A stretch of 32,000 nt of DNA, from contig NC_008818.1 of the NCBI RefSeq assembly GCF_000015145.1, forward strand, positions 420,001 through 452,000, in the 5' to 3' direction. The position numbers were made by a program, and so were the translations under genes. Numbering within the stretch: the first letter of the stretch is position 1; every line of letters begins with the position of its first letter. Of the stretch, positions 1 to 9,221 are shown in pieces. The notes below the pieces were generated by a model. The model was given only the letters and a program-made list of their open reading frames with translations, was not told the origin of the DNA and did not search any database. The stretch is from Hyperthermus butylicus DSM 5456 (lineage in GTDB: Archaea > Thermoproteota > Thermoprotei_A > Sulfolobales > Pyrodictiaceae).

Positions 1-217
1 CCTCGGTTATCGACTTACCGAGGATAGGCTTAACCAACGGTATGCCAAATTGGTCTCTGAGAATTATTCCTATCATGCTGGGACCATAGCCCTTCCTTGC
101 CAGGTCTACGATTATCTCCTCAATCTCCTCGGGGTCGTACTGTATCCACTTGGGCACGGTGGGTGTTGCAGGTCTTGTAGAGTGCGACCTACCCTTCTTC
201 CTCCTCTTACCAGCCAC
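1..217 (-). CDS. rpsO: 30S ribosomal protein S15 (S13e-like, archaeal), N-terminal part, truncated by window edge
   Basis: Not in the ORF track. Reverse-complement translation from GTG at 217 gives (M)AGKRRKKGRSHSTRPATPTVPKWIQYDPEEIEEIIVDLARKGYGPSMIGIILRDQFGIPLVKPILGKSITE, the archaeal S15 N terminus. TATA-like CTTATAG at about 334-342. Confidence 0.93.
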   Translation of the reverse strand, partial: MAGKRRKKGRSHSTRPATPTVPKWIQYDPEEIEEIIVDLARKGYGPSMIGIILRDQFGIPLVKPILGKSITE

Positions 218-253
218 AAGACACCACCCCGTTCCCGGCGAGTGGGAGCTAGG

Positions 254-300
254 CCCCAGCCCATCTAGGGGCTGGGGAGCCCCCTACTCCCGGGGGCTCC
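254..300 (-). promoter_or_regulatory. Tandem GC hairpins in the predicted 5' leader of rpsO (S15)
   Basis: CCCCAGCCC(254-262)/GGGCTGGGG(269-277), 9 bp perfect; GGAGCCCCC(276-284)/GGGGGCTCC(292-300), 9 bp perfect, sharing 2 nt. Located between the TATA-like element (about 334-342) and the GTG at 217. Confidence 0.5.
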
Positions 301-363
301 AGGTCTCGTTGCGCGGCTATGCCCGGTAGGGGGCTATAAGTAGTGCTATCGCTCGCAGCACTG

Positions 364-936
364 CTATCGTGGCGGCCCGTATTGCCGTAGCCATCTGCAC
401 AGCTCTCTGGCTGCCTTTCCGCGGTGCGAGAACTTGTTCTTCTCCTGGGTTTCCATCTCGGCAAAGGTCTTAGACGAGCCTTCGGGTATGAATACTGGAT
501 CGTATCCGAAGCCCCTATCTCCGCGCGGCTTCTCAGCGATTACTCCGTGGACTGTACCGGTGAATACTTCCACGCCTCCACTATGAGCTAGGGCTATGAC
601 GGATTTGAAGTATGCTCTTCGGTTTTCAACATCCTCCAGGAGTTTAAGCAGCCCCCTAATACCTATGGTTTTGAAGACGTAGGATGAGTAGGGTCCGGGG
701 AACCCGCCGAGAGCTTCCACAAAGAGTCCCGCATCTTCTACTATTACTGGACGCTGTAAAGCCAAGTATGCTTGAATGGCTGCATAGGCGGCAACATCTT
801 CGAGCCTATTGGACTGTACTTCTAGTTTTGATGCCGCTGCTGGCTCTACTCGGTAGCCGCAGCTCTGGAGTACCTCGTTTATCTCTTCAATCTTGTGCTT
901 GTTTGTGGTCGCGATGAGGATTACTCTTGCCTCCAT
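364..936 (-). CDS. rdgB: XTP/dITP (non-canonical purine NTP) pyrophosphatase, RdgB/HAM1 family
   Basis: ILIATTNKHKIEEINEVL N terminus, VEDAGLFVEAL and GDRGFGYDPVFIPEGSSKTFAEM motifs. Confidence 0.93.
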   Translation of the reverse strand: MEARVILIATTNKHKIEEINEVLQSCGYRVEPAAASKLEVQSNRLEDVAAYAAIQAYLALQRPVIVEDAGLFVEALGGFPGPYSSYVFKTIGIRGLLKLLEDVENRRAYFKSVIALAHSGGVEVFTGTVHGVIAEKPRGDRGFGYDPVFIPEGSSKTFAEMETQEKNKFSHRGKAARELCRWLRQYGPPR

Positions 937-1628
937 GCTGTCCTCCTCTCCGCCCTATAGCGGCCCATGAGCCTTATCTCCCTCACAAGCTCCATAATCC
1001 TTTCCGTCTTATCGGCACCCCGCACACTGCGGTAGCCCTCAAGGAAGGCTTCAAGCATTTCCTCGACGGCTTCAGGGTGTGTCGATTCTAGGCTGCGCAT
1101 GTAGAGGTGCACGTCCACAGCTTGTTCACGTTCGCTGCTCTTTAGCGAGGCCAGCCCAAAGTCTATGAGGAATATGTTATCGCCAGCTACAAGTACGTTA
1201 CTCGTTGTAAGATCTCCGTGGCTTATACCTGCCTCGTGCAGTTTTGCAGCGTAGGTCCCGAATAGTCTTGCGAGGCTTCTCGCCCTGGGGTCGCCCGCCT
1301 CTATAAGGTCAGCCAGCTTCACACCATTGATATACTCCATTACTATGATGCTGCAGAGAGGATCCACATAGTATAGCTTTGGCACGGGAACCCCTGCTTC
1401 GAGAGCTGCAAGCATTGCACGAGCCTCGGTCACCGTGCGTCTCCACCGGAGTCTAGTATCTAGTGCTGCGTGACGGTAACGCTTTGGAAGGCGAAGCTTT
1501 AGCACCGCTCTTTCTCCGAGCCAGTCTATGAGGTAGAGGTAGGCCTCAGCACCCCGAGCAATGGGCTCTCCTAGCGTCTCGACTAGCTGTTCTACCTCCA
1601 CGGGATCTCCACCACATCTAGTCTCCAT
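921..1628 (-). CDS. bud32: KEOPS-associated serine/threonine kinase Bud32
   Basis: GAEAYLYLI...KLRLPKRYRH, ISHGDLTTSNVL, FLIDFGLA kinase motifs. Adjacent to Kae1. Confidence 0.93.
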   Translation of the reverse strand: METRCGGDPVEVEQLVETLGEPIARGAEAYLYLIDWLGERAVLKLRLPKRYRHAALDTRLRWRRTVTEARAMLAALEAGVPVPKLYYVDPLCSIIVMEYINGVKLADLIEAGDPRARSLARLFGTYAAKLHEAGISHGDLTTSNVLVAGDNIFLIDFGLASLKSSEREQAVDVHLYMRSLESTHPEAVEEMLEAFLEGYRSVRGADKTERIMELVREIRLMGRYRAERRTAWRQE

Positions 1629-2683
1629 CGCTGCTTCACCACCGACTCCTCGACATCAACCGTTATCCCTGCAAGATAGTTGAGAAGACCTGTCCAGGCT
1701 ATCATTGCACCGTTATCACCAGCTAGCTGTGGTGGCGGCCAATCCGCTACAGCACCGTGGTATGATGCCATGCTTCTAACCTTGTTGCGAAGTATTGGGC
1801 TTGCTGCTACACCGCCCGTTAACATCACCGATTTCTTCCTCGTGTGAGCCAGCGCCCTTTCAGTAACCTCGACAACACTACCATAGGCTACCTCGCGTAG
1901 GCCTAGACATACCGCAGCCTTCTCATCCTCGCTACCAGCCTTAGTCCATAGCCGTAGAGCCGCTGTTAGGAGCCCCGAGAACGAGACATCCATACCCTTG
2001 ACAACGTATGGCAGATCCGCTGGCTTCGAGGCTGCTTCTGCACAGCGGTCGACAATGTGTAGACCCGAGACAATATATGGTGGCGCTATTCCGGCGTCCC
2101 TAGCAAAGGTGTCTAGGAGGTTCCCAAGTGCTATGTCGAGGGTCTCCCCGAACACCCTATACCTGGCCTTGGCATAAGCAGCCACGACGGTATTTCCGCC
2201 GGATACATAGAGGACTACTGGGTCGCCGAGCCCGGTGTAGAGTCTCGCAATCTCTATGTGCGCCACGGCATGGTTTACTGGCACCAGCGGCTTGCCATAG
2301 TATGCCGCTAGCCCTCGAGCAATAGTGGCACCAACCCTTAGCGCTGGCCCAAGACCAGGACCCAGCGCGACAGCCACAGCATCAATATCCCGTATCGATA
2401 GGCCGACGGTGCGGAGCGCATCGAGTATAACTTCTGACGCTACACGGGCGTGATGGCTAGCAGCCTCCCGGGGATGAATACCACCCTTTGGCGGATGGTA
2501 AGTATCACGCACGCTAACGAGAATATAGGGAGGCTTCGTCGAGGCTATACCCACACCAAAAGTGTGTGCTGTAGATTCTATCCCTAAAACGTATATCTCC
2601 TCGTCCCAGCCCCCAACACGGTATAGTTGGCGTGGATCACCTCTTGGCTTCCCTAACGAACTCGGTGTGTCCACACTTACCAC
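1592..2683 (-). CDS. kae1: KEOPS component Kae1 / tRNA threonylcarbamoyladenosine synthesis protein; true start uncertain (conserved N terminus begins near 2596)
   Basis: [65 protein letters not shown] motifs. Confidence 0.95.
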   Translation of the reverse strand: MVSVDTPSSLGKPRGDPRQLYRVGGWDEEIYVLGIESTAHTFGVGIASTKPPYILVSVRDTYHPPKGGIHPREAASHHARVASEVILDALRTVGLSIRDIDAVAVALGPGLGPALRVGATIARGLAAYYGKPLVPVNHAVAHIEIARLYTGLGDPVVLYVSGGNTVVAAYAKARYRVFGETLDIALGNLLDTFARDAGIAPPYIVSGLHIVDRCAEAASKPADLPYVVKGMDVSFSGLLTAALRLWTKAGSEDEKAAVCLGLREVAYGSVVEVTERALAHTRKKSVMLTGGVAASPILRNKVRSMASYHGAVADWPPPQLAGDNGAMIAWTGLLNYLAGITVDVEESVVKQRWRLDVVEIPWR

Positions 2684-2825
2684 AATGCCACCTCGGCACC
2701 GGCCACTTGTGGAACGCCATGAAGCTACCGCAGCGTGGACATATCTTGTTCTTCCTCTTTATTGTGCCAGTGTTGTAGTCGTACTCGTAAAGTCTGTGCA
2801 CATAGAGCTTAAGCTCCTTCGACAT
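2637..2825 (-). CDS. rps27ae: 30S ribosomal protein S27ae
   Basis: Small protein with zinc ribbon [28 protein letters not shown]. Confidence 0.93.
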   Translation of the reverse strand: MSKELKLYVHRLYEYDYNTGTIKRKNKICPRCGSFMAFHKWPVPRWHCGKCGHTEFVREAKR

Positions 2826-2852
2826 GGGGCTCCACCCCTCACATTAGTGTCC

Positions 2853-3245
2853 TTACTCCTCCATCTCCTCAGGAAGCTTGTTCCGCTCAATTATGTGCTT
2901 AGGCTCGAACTGCAACGCGCGCTCGGGCGTGTCGTAAACATGTATCTCGACCTTACTCCTACCAACACCATACTCGGATAGAACCTTCCTAATATACACT
3001 CTCTTCGCATCCACACCAAGCGCTTCAGCAACCTTTATGCGCAGCTTCATCCTGCTAGGCGTAGACTTGCCTACATGGAGTATAACCGCGTCTATCTCAC
3101 GCCTCTTTATGAGCGGGTTATACCAGTCCCGTACTATGTAGAACTCATAACCTTCGCCAAGGTCTACGTTGAGCTTCTTAGCGTTCTTTGGCCTTAACAT
3201 TTCAAGCACGTCAGCCGGCACTCCCGACTCCGCCATAGCATCCAC
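2853..3245 (-). CDS. rps24e: 30S ribosomal protein S24e
   Basis: NPLIKRREIDAVILHVGKSTPSRMKLRIKVAEALG...VYIRKVLSEYGVGRSKVEIHVYD; TATA-like TTATAATGC upstream near 3310. Confidence 0.93.
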   Translation of the reverse strand: MDAMAESGVPADVLEMLRPKNAKKLNVDLGEGYEFYIVRDWYNPLIKRREIDAVILHVGKSTPSRMKLRIKVAEALGVDAKRVYIRKVLSEYGVGRSKVEIHVYDTPERALQFEPKHIIERNKLPEEMEE

Positions 3246-3330
3246 CCGGGGCCAGCTGAGAGCCGAGTGTCCCTCTTAAACTCCCGCGCGGTATCAGCTA
3301 GCCAAGGATTATAATGCTTATGCCTCCTCC

Positions 3331-3846
3331 CTAGCAGGGCTCGAAAAACTCCAAAACACGCATGGCCAACAACTTCGCTTCCCGGTTGACAGCTGCAGCA
3401 ACAACACCCTTACCCGGCAGGCCATAGAGAACAACAGAACCCACATCACCGTAGAGGAGGGCTGGCAATGCCAACAAATCCTCCTCGCCATCAACTCTAA
3501 CTACTGTATGGCCCTGGCGTAGCGCTTTACGGATAACCTCAACAGCCCCAGGCTCTACAGTCGATCTCTCATTACGAGTTCTCAGGATGGCATAGCCCTC
3601 AGGAATTGACGGACACGTCTTATCTCTCCTTGCCTCCACACAATCGAACACCATTACCCACGGTTTGACTCCATGTCGGATAAGTGTTTCCGAAACCCTA
3701 TCACCCACAGCTACAACTCTACGATGTCTGGCGTAAGCAGCAACAGCCGAATCGTTTGGCAACAATTTGGCGGCAGGCATACGCTGAGCTAGGAGGGAGC
3801 GTAGGCCCTGGGGAAGACAGAGACGGCTATGGAAAAGATGGTACAC
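3331..3846 (-). CDS. GTP-dependent dephospho-CoA kinase (DUF359 family)
   Basis: VVAVGDRVSETLIRHGVKPWVMVFD, VRVDGEEDLLALPALLYGDVGSVVLYGLPGKGVV motifs. An internal ATG may be the true start. Confidence 0.85.
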   Translation of the reverse strand: MYHLFHSRLCLPQGLRSLLAQRMPAAKLLPNDSAVAAYARHRRVVAVGDRVSETLIRHGVKPWVMVFDCVEARRDKTCPSIPEGYAILRTRNERSTVEPGAVEVIRKALRQGHTVVRVDGEEDLLALPALLYGDVGSVVLYGLPGKGVVAAAVNREAKLLAMRVLEFFEPC

Positions 3847-3856
3847 TTTCGCCTCT

Positions 3857-4069
3857 TCACCTCACTTTAAGCGCATACCTTCCAGGCCTTGTTATCTCGA
3901 GCTTCTTAGCTATCAAAGACTTCTCAGGGTCAAGAATTATGACTACACCTTCCCAATCCTCAGTGAGGTCCGTAGAGCCACAAACAGAGCAGCGTGTAGC
4001 CTCACGGGGTACAAGGCTCTTACACCGTCTACAAGCCTTGAATGGTGGCACCTTTACCCGCCTACCCAA
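3857..4069 (-). CDS. spt4: Transcription elongation factor Spt4 (RpoE2-like)
   Basis: ACRRCKSLVPREATRCSVCGSTDLTEDWEGVVIILDPEKS; directly downstream of Rpo7. Confidence 0.94.
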   Translation of the reverse strand: MGRRVKVPPFKACRRCKSLVPREATRCSVCGSTDLTEDWEGVVIILDPEKSLIAKKLEITRPGRYALKVR

Positions 4070-4090
4070 GATCTATCACCCCTTTGAGGT

Positions 4091-4657
4091 CTACTTAGCC
4101 TCGATCCTCTTACGCTTATGCCACTCAGTCTTGCCGAGGTATGGTTGCCTCATGGTTAACTGTATTCTCGGCCTGCCAATAGGCTCCGACGGCATCGATA
4201 CTGAGATAACTCTTGTCCTCACTATATCGCCTACCTCGACTATGCGTCTCGTGCGCTCGCCTATGAACGCACGACGCTGTGGATCGAATATTACATGTTC
4301 ATCCATTACCTGGCTTATATGAGCTATGCCCTCGACGGGACCTAGGCTTATCCTCGCAAATGACTGCTGGATAGACACAACTACACCCTCAACAACCTCC
4401 TTGACTATGGGCTTGAAGGCCAAGACACTATACTCTGAGTCGTGGTAAGTTGCTCCATCACCCGGTATTACTCTACCCTCCTCGCTAACCTTAACATCAA
4501 ATATTGCAACTATAACACCCATCTCGGGGTGTACGTAGCCTACATACTTCTCCGTTAGAACCTTTAGTGCTGCCTCCTCCAGCGACATACCGAAGAGGCT
4601 GGGGGGTATTCTGACAACATCCCTTACACGATAGATGGCGTACAAGGTGTCACCCAC
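4091..4657 (-). CDS. rpo7: DNA-directed RNA polymerase subunit Rpo7 (RpoE1)
   Basis: YAIYRVRDVVRIPPSLFG...GYVHPEMGVIVAIFDV and S1 domain GPVEGIAHISQVMDE; TATA-like CTTTAATATTT upstream. Confidence 0.94.
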   Translation of the reverse strand: MGDTLYAIYRVRDVVRIPPSLFGMSLEEAALKVLTEKYVGYVHPEMGVIVAIFDVKVSEEGRVIPGDGATYHDSEYSVLAFKPIVKEVVEGVVVSIQQSFARISLGPVEGIAHISQVMDEHVIFDPQRRAFIGERTRRIVEVGDIVRTRVISVSMPSEPIGRPRIQLTMRQPYLGKTEWHKRKRIEAK

Positions 4658-4757
4658 ACCAGCACCACATAGTCGTAGTGTATGCTCTAGGATTACCCGG
4701 CGAAAGCATGCTCTGGGGAAATATTAAAGTATGCCCGTCATGCAATAAGGAGGGGCC

Positions 4758-5168
4758 CTAGCCCTCAAGCATAAGGCCGTGTCTTGACCTGCGATAGTAT
4801 ATGTTCGGTAGGCCCTTTTCGCGGAGCCTTCTCCTAAGCTCTCCGTCAGCCGTCGCAACAATAGCCACGGGGTCTGAGAGCGCTAGCTCCAGTATGGCGT
4901 CATCAGCACTGACATCAGTTGTCTCGACTATTTTGCAGCCGCGAAGCTCTATTGCATGAAGGGCTAGCCTAGCAGCCCTTCTCTGACGTAGACTCTGGCC
5001 GCTAGATGCTAGCCGTTGTAGCTCATCTACAACAGGCCTGGGGACTATGCATTCGGGCTTAGCGTCGAGAAGTTCTTCAACTTGGCCGAAAACATCAACA
5101 CCGTCATAGAGGAGCATGAGCATGCTCGTATCGAAAATAACCCTTCTCAGTCTCGTACTACACCCCAT
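4758..5168 (-). CDS. PIN-domain protein (Fcf1/Nob1-like archaeal family)
   Basis: VIFDTSMLMLL, VVDELQRLA, DAILELALSDPVAIVATADGELRRRLREKG. Start refined from 5228 to the internal ATG (MGCSTRLRR), overlapping aIF2-gamma by 22 nt. Confidence 0.85.
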   Translation of the reverse strand: MGCSTRLRRVIFDTSMLMLLYDGVDVFGQVEELLDAKPECIVPRPVVDELQRLASSGQSLRQRRAARLALHAIELRGCKIVETTDVSADDAILELALSDPVAIVATADGELRRRLREKGLPNIYYRRSRHGLMLEG

Positions 5169-6412
5169 CCAACCAACCTCCAGCGGCCAAAGATTTGCCG
5201 AGATAGCGCTACCCTTGCGCCCTCCCACGCTACTACCGGCCTCCTAAGCCTGACCTCCATCTCGTCACTGGTAACTCTCGTGATTACGCCGAGTGTTATT
5301 GCCGTGCCGACTGTCAGCATTACTATCTCCTTAGCCCTTGGAGGTGGAACCTTGACAAACTCTCTCGTACCTACAGCTCTTTCAAGCATGTGGTATTCAA
5401 GTCTCAACGTATCCCTTACTGGCGGTAGATGACCAGGCTTACCGAGAACATTACCCACAAGGTTGTCAGCCTTAGCAACTGCCGGATCAAGCTTTGTACC
5501 AACCGCCACTAGGCCTCCAGGCTTTGCCTCCTCAACCTCGAGCTCTCCAAACCTTAGGCTTACAACCTCCGTTACTATTGGCTCGTAACGCACCCTACCG
5601 CGCTCCTCTACACGAACACCAGGTGCTATCTCTACCTCGTCTCCAACCCTTAGCACTCCCTGCATTAGTGAGCCGCCAACAACCCCTCCCTTCAGCTCCT
5701 CGACTGTTGTGCCTGGTTTGTTTACGTCGAAGCTACGCACGATAAACATTAGTGGTGGCTTTGACGGATCCCTCTTTGGTGTCGGTATAAACTTCTCAAT
5801 GGCCATTGCCACAGCATCTATGTTTACCTTGTGGAGGGCACTTACGGGTATAATCGGGGCATTCTCCGCGAAGGTTCCCTTGACGAACTCTTTTATCTCC
5901 CTATAGTTGTCCCGCGCCCTCTCTGGAGTGACTACATCGACTTTGTTCTGGACTATGACTATGTTATGCACACCAACAATGTCGAGCGCCATTAGGTGCT
6001 CATAGGTCTGTGGCTGTGGACACCTCTCATTAGCAGCTATTACCAGTAGCGCCCCATCCATTAGCGCCGCACCGGAGAGCATCGTAGCCATTAGTATCTC
6101 GTGTCCCGGTGCATCAACGTAGGATACCTTGCGTAGGAGCTTGGGCACAGTACCCTCGGGACATAGCTCTGGGAACGGCTGATAGGCCTCGACACCCTCC
6201 GCGCCTTCACAATACCATACTTCGCCTTCTGCATAGCCCAGCTTTATTGTCATGCCGCGCTTGAGTTCCTCACTATGCTTTGCCGTCCACACGCCAGTCA
6301 GTGCTTGGACCAGCGTTGTCTTGCCATGATCTACATGGCCTGCCGTTCCAATGTTTACTTCTGGCTGACGGCGACGCTGCGCCTCTATCTCCTCCCTATC
6401 AAACCTTGCCAT
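5147..6412 (-). CDS. eif2g: Translation initiation factor aIF2 gamma subunit
   Basis: NIGTAGHVDHGKTTLVQALTGVW, DAPGHE, NKVD, SALHK GTPase motifs and the archaeal eIF2-gamma C-terminal domain. Confidence 0.96.
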   Translation of the reverse strand: MARFDREEIEAQRRRQPEVNIGTAGHVDHGKTTLVQALTGVWTAKHSEELKRGMTIKLGYAEGEVWYCEGAEGVEAYQPFPELCPEGTVPKLLRKVSYVDAPGHEILMATMLSGAALMDGALLVIAANERCPQPQTYEHLMALDIVGVHNIVIVQNKVDVVTPERARDNYREIKEFVKGTFAENAPIIPVSALHKVNIDAVAMAIEKFIPTPKRDPSKPPLMFIVRSFDVNKPGTTVEELKGGVVGGSLMQGVLRVGDEVEIAPGVRVEERGRVRYEPIVTEVVSLRFGELEVEEAKPGGLVAVGTKLDPAVAKADNLVGNVLGKPGHLPPVRDTLRLEYHMLERAVGTREFVKVPPPRAKEIVMLTVGTAITLGVITRVTSDEMEVRLRRPVVAWEGARVALSRQIFGRWRLVGWGVVRD

Positions 6413-6519
6413 TACAGCTCCCCCCGCTAGCTACCCCTAACAACCCCTAAAACAATGTGCGCCCCTCCTGGAGAAACTACCGAAAACTAGCTGCTAAGAG
6501 GTAGCTGTTTTAGCAAACG

Positions 6520-7173
6520 CTACTCCTTCTTGGGGTATACAATCACAGTGTTTATCTGTACAATGTCGTGTGTTATCGTGTTGCCCCTAACAGTCTTCCT
6601 CCGACGCTCGCCCTTCTCCCTGGGGTGGAAGCCTGGCGGGCCGGAGAGTAGCACACGCTTCTTCACAGGACCTGGTATTGATGGTAGCATTGGGAAACCG
6701 CTATTGTCGCTCCCGCCTCTGATTAGCAGCTTGTAGCCGGGTAAGCCTACGAGACCTCCGTCGAAGGTGTCTCCTATCTTTAGCCCTATGAGCTGGTCTG
6801 CAGCTGGGCTCGTAATTGTTATCTGCCAGGCCTTTGCTCTAAAGACCTCGCCCTCGGCCTCCTCAGCGCCCACCTTGTCGCCTAGCCACTCCAAGCTGAC
6901 GTGCACTGTGTCCTCGGGTACGTTTGCGTCGGCTGTGGCCTTGCACGTGTAGTTGAACTTTCTGTCCTCCTTGCGTATCCTAACCGTGACAATGCCATGT
7001 ACAGCGTTAAGTTTCTCTAGTAGCTTGGGGTTAAGCTTGCACACTGGAAGCTTGCGCTGATTCTTTTCATCGTCCCCATACTCTATTGACTCGTCTCCCT
7101 TAACCTTCACCTTGTAGACCGGTAAGTCGGCCTTTGCCTCCGGATCCGATATTACTATCTTGAACTCGGGCAT
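6520..7173 (-). CDS. rps6e: 30S ribosomal protein S6e, 217 aa
   Basis: MPEFKIVISDPEAKADLPVYKVKVKG, GLPGYKLLIRGGSDNSGFPMLPSIPGPVKKRVLLSGPPGFHPREKGERRRKTVRGN. Confidence 0.95.
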   Translation of the reverse strand: MPEFKIVISDPEAKADLPVYKVKVKGDESIEYGDDEKNQRKLPVCKLNPKLLEKLNAVHGIVTVRIRKEDRKFNYTCKATADANVPEDTVHVSLEWLGDKVGAEEAEGEVFRAKAWQITITSPAADQLIGLKIGDTFDGGLVGLPGYKLLIRGGSDNSGFPMLPSIPGPVKKRVLLSGPPGFHPREKGERRRKTVRGNTITHDIVQINTVIVYPKKE

Positions 7174-7204
7174 TCCAGCCTACACCCCGCCTGGGTTCAT
7201 CCCC

Positions 7205-7254
7205 GGGCCCAGCTGGTTGGGCCCAGCATCCCCCTCCCAGCACCGTGGGAGGGG
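7205..7254 (-). promoter_or_regulatory. Tandem GC hairpins in the predicted 5' leader of rps6e
   Basis: CCCCTCCCA(7231-7239)/TGGGAGGGG(7246-7254), 9 bp perfect; GGGCCCA(7205-7211)/TGGGCCC(7218-7224), 7 bp perfect. AT-rich TTAATTA promoter-like element at about 7281-7292. Confidence 0.5.
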
Positions 7255-7382
7255 CCGTGGAGCGCTAGCCGTGGGCACCCACTAATTAATTCTCGGCTCT
7301 ACCTTACTGCCCCGGCTTCCTAGCCATGCCCGTTATAGGGGGCTACTCGTCCTTTACGCCTTGTGGGGGGTGAGAGTATAGC

Positions 7383-9221
7383 ATGGCAGAGCAGAAGACA
7401 AGCGGCAGGAGGCTTAGACAGCCCATTGTGGTAGTGCTAGGCCATGTAGACCATGGTAAGACCACGTTGCTAGACAAGATACGCGGCACAACCGTTGCCG
7501 CAAAAGAGCCGGGACTCATAACCCAGCATGTTGGCGCTAGCTTCGTACCCGCAAGCGTTATTGAGAAGCTAGCTGAGCCGTTGAAGAAGATTATACCATT
7601 CAAGCTCATCATACCAGGCCTACTCTTCATAGATACCCCTGGCCACGAACTATTTGCCAACCTCCGCCGCCGTGGCGGCAGCGTAGCAGACTTCGCCATA
7701 CTAGTCGTAGATATTAATGAGGGCTTCCAGCCGCAAACCTACGAGTCCATAGAGATTCTCCGGCAGCGCCGCGTACCATTCGTTGTTGCTGCGAACAAGA
7801 TAGACAAGATACCGGGGTGGAGGGCTAACCCGGACACACCATTCCTCATATCACTCCAAAAGCAGGCGCAGAGGGTGAGGGAAGAGCTGGAGAGGAGACT
7901 CTGGGACAATATTATCTCAAAGCTCTACGAGCTGGGCTTTCAAGCTGACAGGTTTGACAGGATTAGGGACTTTACCAGGACCGTCGCTGTGATACCCATC
8001 TCTGCCAAGACAGGCGAAGGTATAGCAGAACTGCTAGCCGTGCTTGCAGGCCTTACACAGCGCTACCTGCAGCATCGTCTACGCTTTGCTGAGGGTCCCG
8101 CTAAGGGTGTCATCCTCGAGATTCGTGAGCAGCCAGGCCTGGGTACTGCAGCAGACGTCGTGATATACGACGGCGTGCTCCGGAAAGGCGACATAATCGT
8201 AACCGGTGGACTTAACGGCCCGGTAATAACACATGTAAGGGCGCTATTGATGCCTAAACCGCTCCAGGAGATTAGGGTTGCCAAGCGCGAGCTAGAGCCC
8301 GTAGAGGAGGTCTACGCGGCTGCAGGTGTTAGGATTGTTGCGCCAGGTCTTGAGGAGGCGATTGCAGGTGCACCCGTCTTCGTTGCTAGGGACGAGGGGG
8401 AAGCTAAGCAGCTAGCAGAGAAGGTTAGGAGGGAGATAGAAGCTCTGAGGATTAAAACTGAAGCTGAGGGCGTAATTGTCAAGGCCGATACGCTTGGCAG
8501 CCTTGAAGCGATGATAGAGGCTCTGAGGAAACGTGACATACCCATACGCTACGCCGATGTAGGCCCCGTAGCTAAGCGCGACGTGATCGAAGCAGTTGCC
8601 AGCAGGGAACTCAACAAGTTCTATGGCGTCATACTAGCATTTAACGTGAAGGTACTACCAGAGGCTGAGGAGGAGGCTAAAAAGCACGGCATAACAATCT
8701 TCACCAACAACGTGATCTACCGGCTGCTAGAGGACTTTGAGAAATGGTATAAGGAGCAGGTAGAGGCTGAGCGGAGGAAGGAGCTTGAAAAGCTTGTGAG
8801 ACCAGGCAAGATAAGACTCCTGCCAGGCTATGTGTTTAGGAGGAGTAATCCTGCAATAGTCGGTGTCGAGGTCCTGGGCGGTGTGATAAAGCCCGGCTAC
8901 CCCTTGATGAGGGAGGATGGAAAGAGAATCGGCACCATTCACCAGATACAGGACAAGGGCAAGGTTATACATGAGGCTCGTGCTGGCATGGCAGTTGCTA
9001 TATCGATACGTGGCCACGTGATGGTCGGTAGACATATCGACGAGGGAGATGTACTTTATACGGATATACCGGAGCAACACGCAGTACTGTGGCTAACGAA
9101 GTTTAAGAGCGAGCTAACAGATGACGAGATGGTGGTGTTGAAGGAGATAATCAAGATTAAAAGGAAGCAAAATCCCGCCTATGCTGTCGTCCTGGGTAAG
9201 CCTCAGGGAGCCAAGCCTTGA
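7383..9221 (+). CDS. infB: Translation initiation factor aIF5B (IF2-like)
   Basis: VLGHVDHGKTTLLDKIRGTTVAAKEPGLITQHVGASFVP, DTPGHE, NKIDKIPGW; 612 aa, full-length, no intein. Confidence 0.96.
   Translation: MAEQKTSGRRLRQPIVVVLGHVDHGKTTLLDKIRGTTVAAKEPGLITQHVGASFVPASVIEKLAEPLKKIIPFKLIIPGLLFIDTPGHELFANLRRRGGSVADFAILVVDINEGFQPQTYESIEILRQRRVPFVVAANKIDKIPGWRANPDTPFLISLQKQAQRVREELERRLWDNIISKLYELGFQADRFDRIRDFTRTVAVIPISAKTGEGIAELLAVLAGLTQRYLQHRLRFAEGPAKGVILEIREQPGLGTAADVVIYDGVLRKGDIIVTGGLNGPVITHVRALLMPKPLQEIRVAKRELEPVEEVYAAAGVRIVAPGLEEAIAGAPVFVARDEGEAKQLAEKVRREIEALRIKTEAEGVIVKADTLGSLEAMIEALRKRDIPIRYADVGPVAKRDVIEAVASRELNKFYGVILAFNVKVLPEAEEEAKKHGITIFTNNVIYRLLEDFEKWYKEQVEAERRKELEKLVRPGKIRLLPGYVFRRSNPAIVGVEVLGGVIKPGYPLMREDGKRIGTIHQIQDKGKVIHEARAGMAVAISIRGHVMVGRHIDEGDVLYTDIPEQHAVLWLTKFKSELTDDEMVVLKEIIKIKRKQNPAYAVVLGKPQGAKP

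Noticed and set aside
3684-4322. 212-aa plus-strand ORF opposite DUF359/Spt4/Rpo7 genes
   Set aside because: Antisense shadow of three strongly recognisable minus-strand genes; composition not protein-like (long Ser/Thr/Pro/Leu runs).
8727-9080. 117-aa minus-strand ORF inside infB
   Set aside because: Antisense shadow within the aIF5B C-terminal coding region.
7383-9221. Intein in aIF5B
   Set aside because: The protein is a contiguous 612 aa with uninterrupted P-loop (GHVDHGKTT) and DTPGHE motifs; no intein splice blocks.
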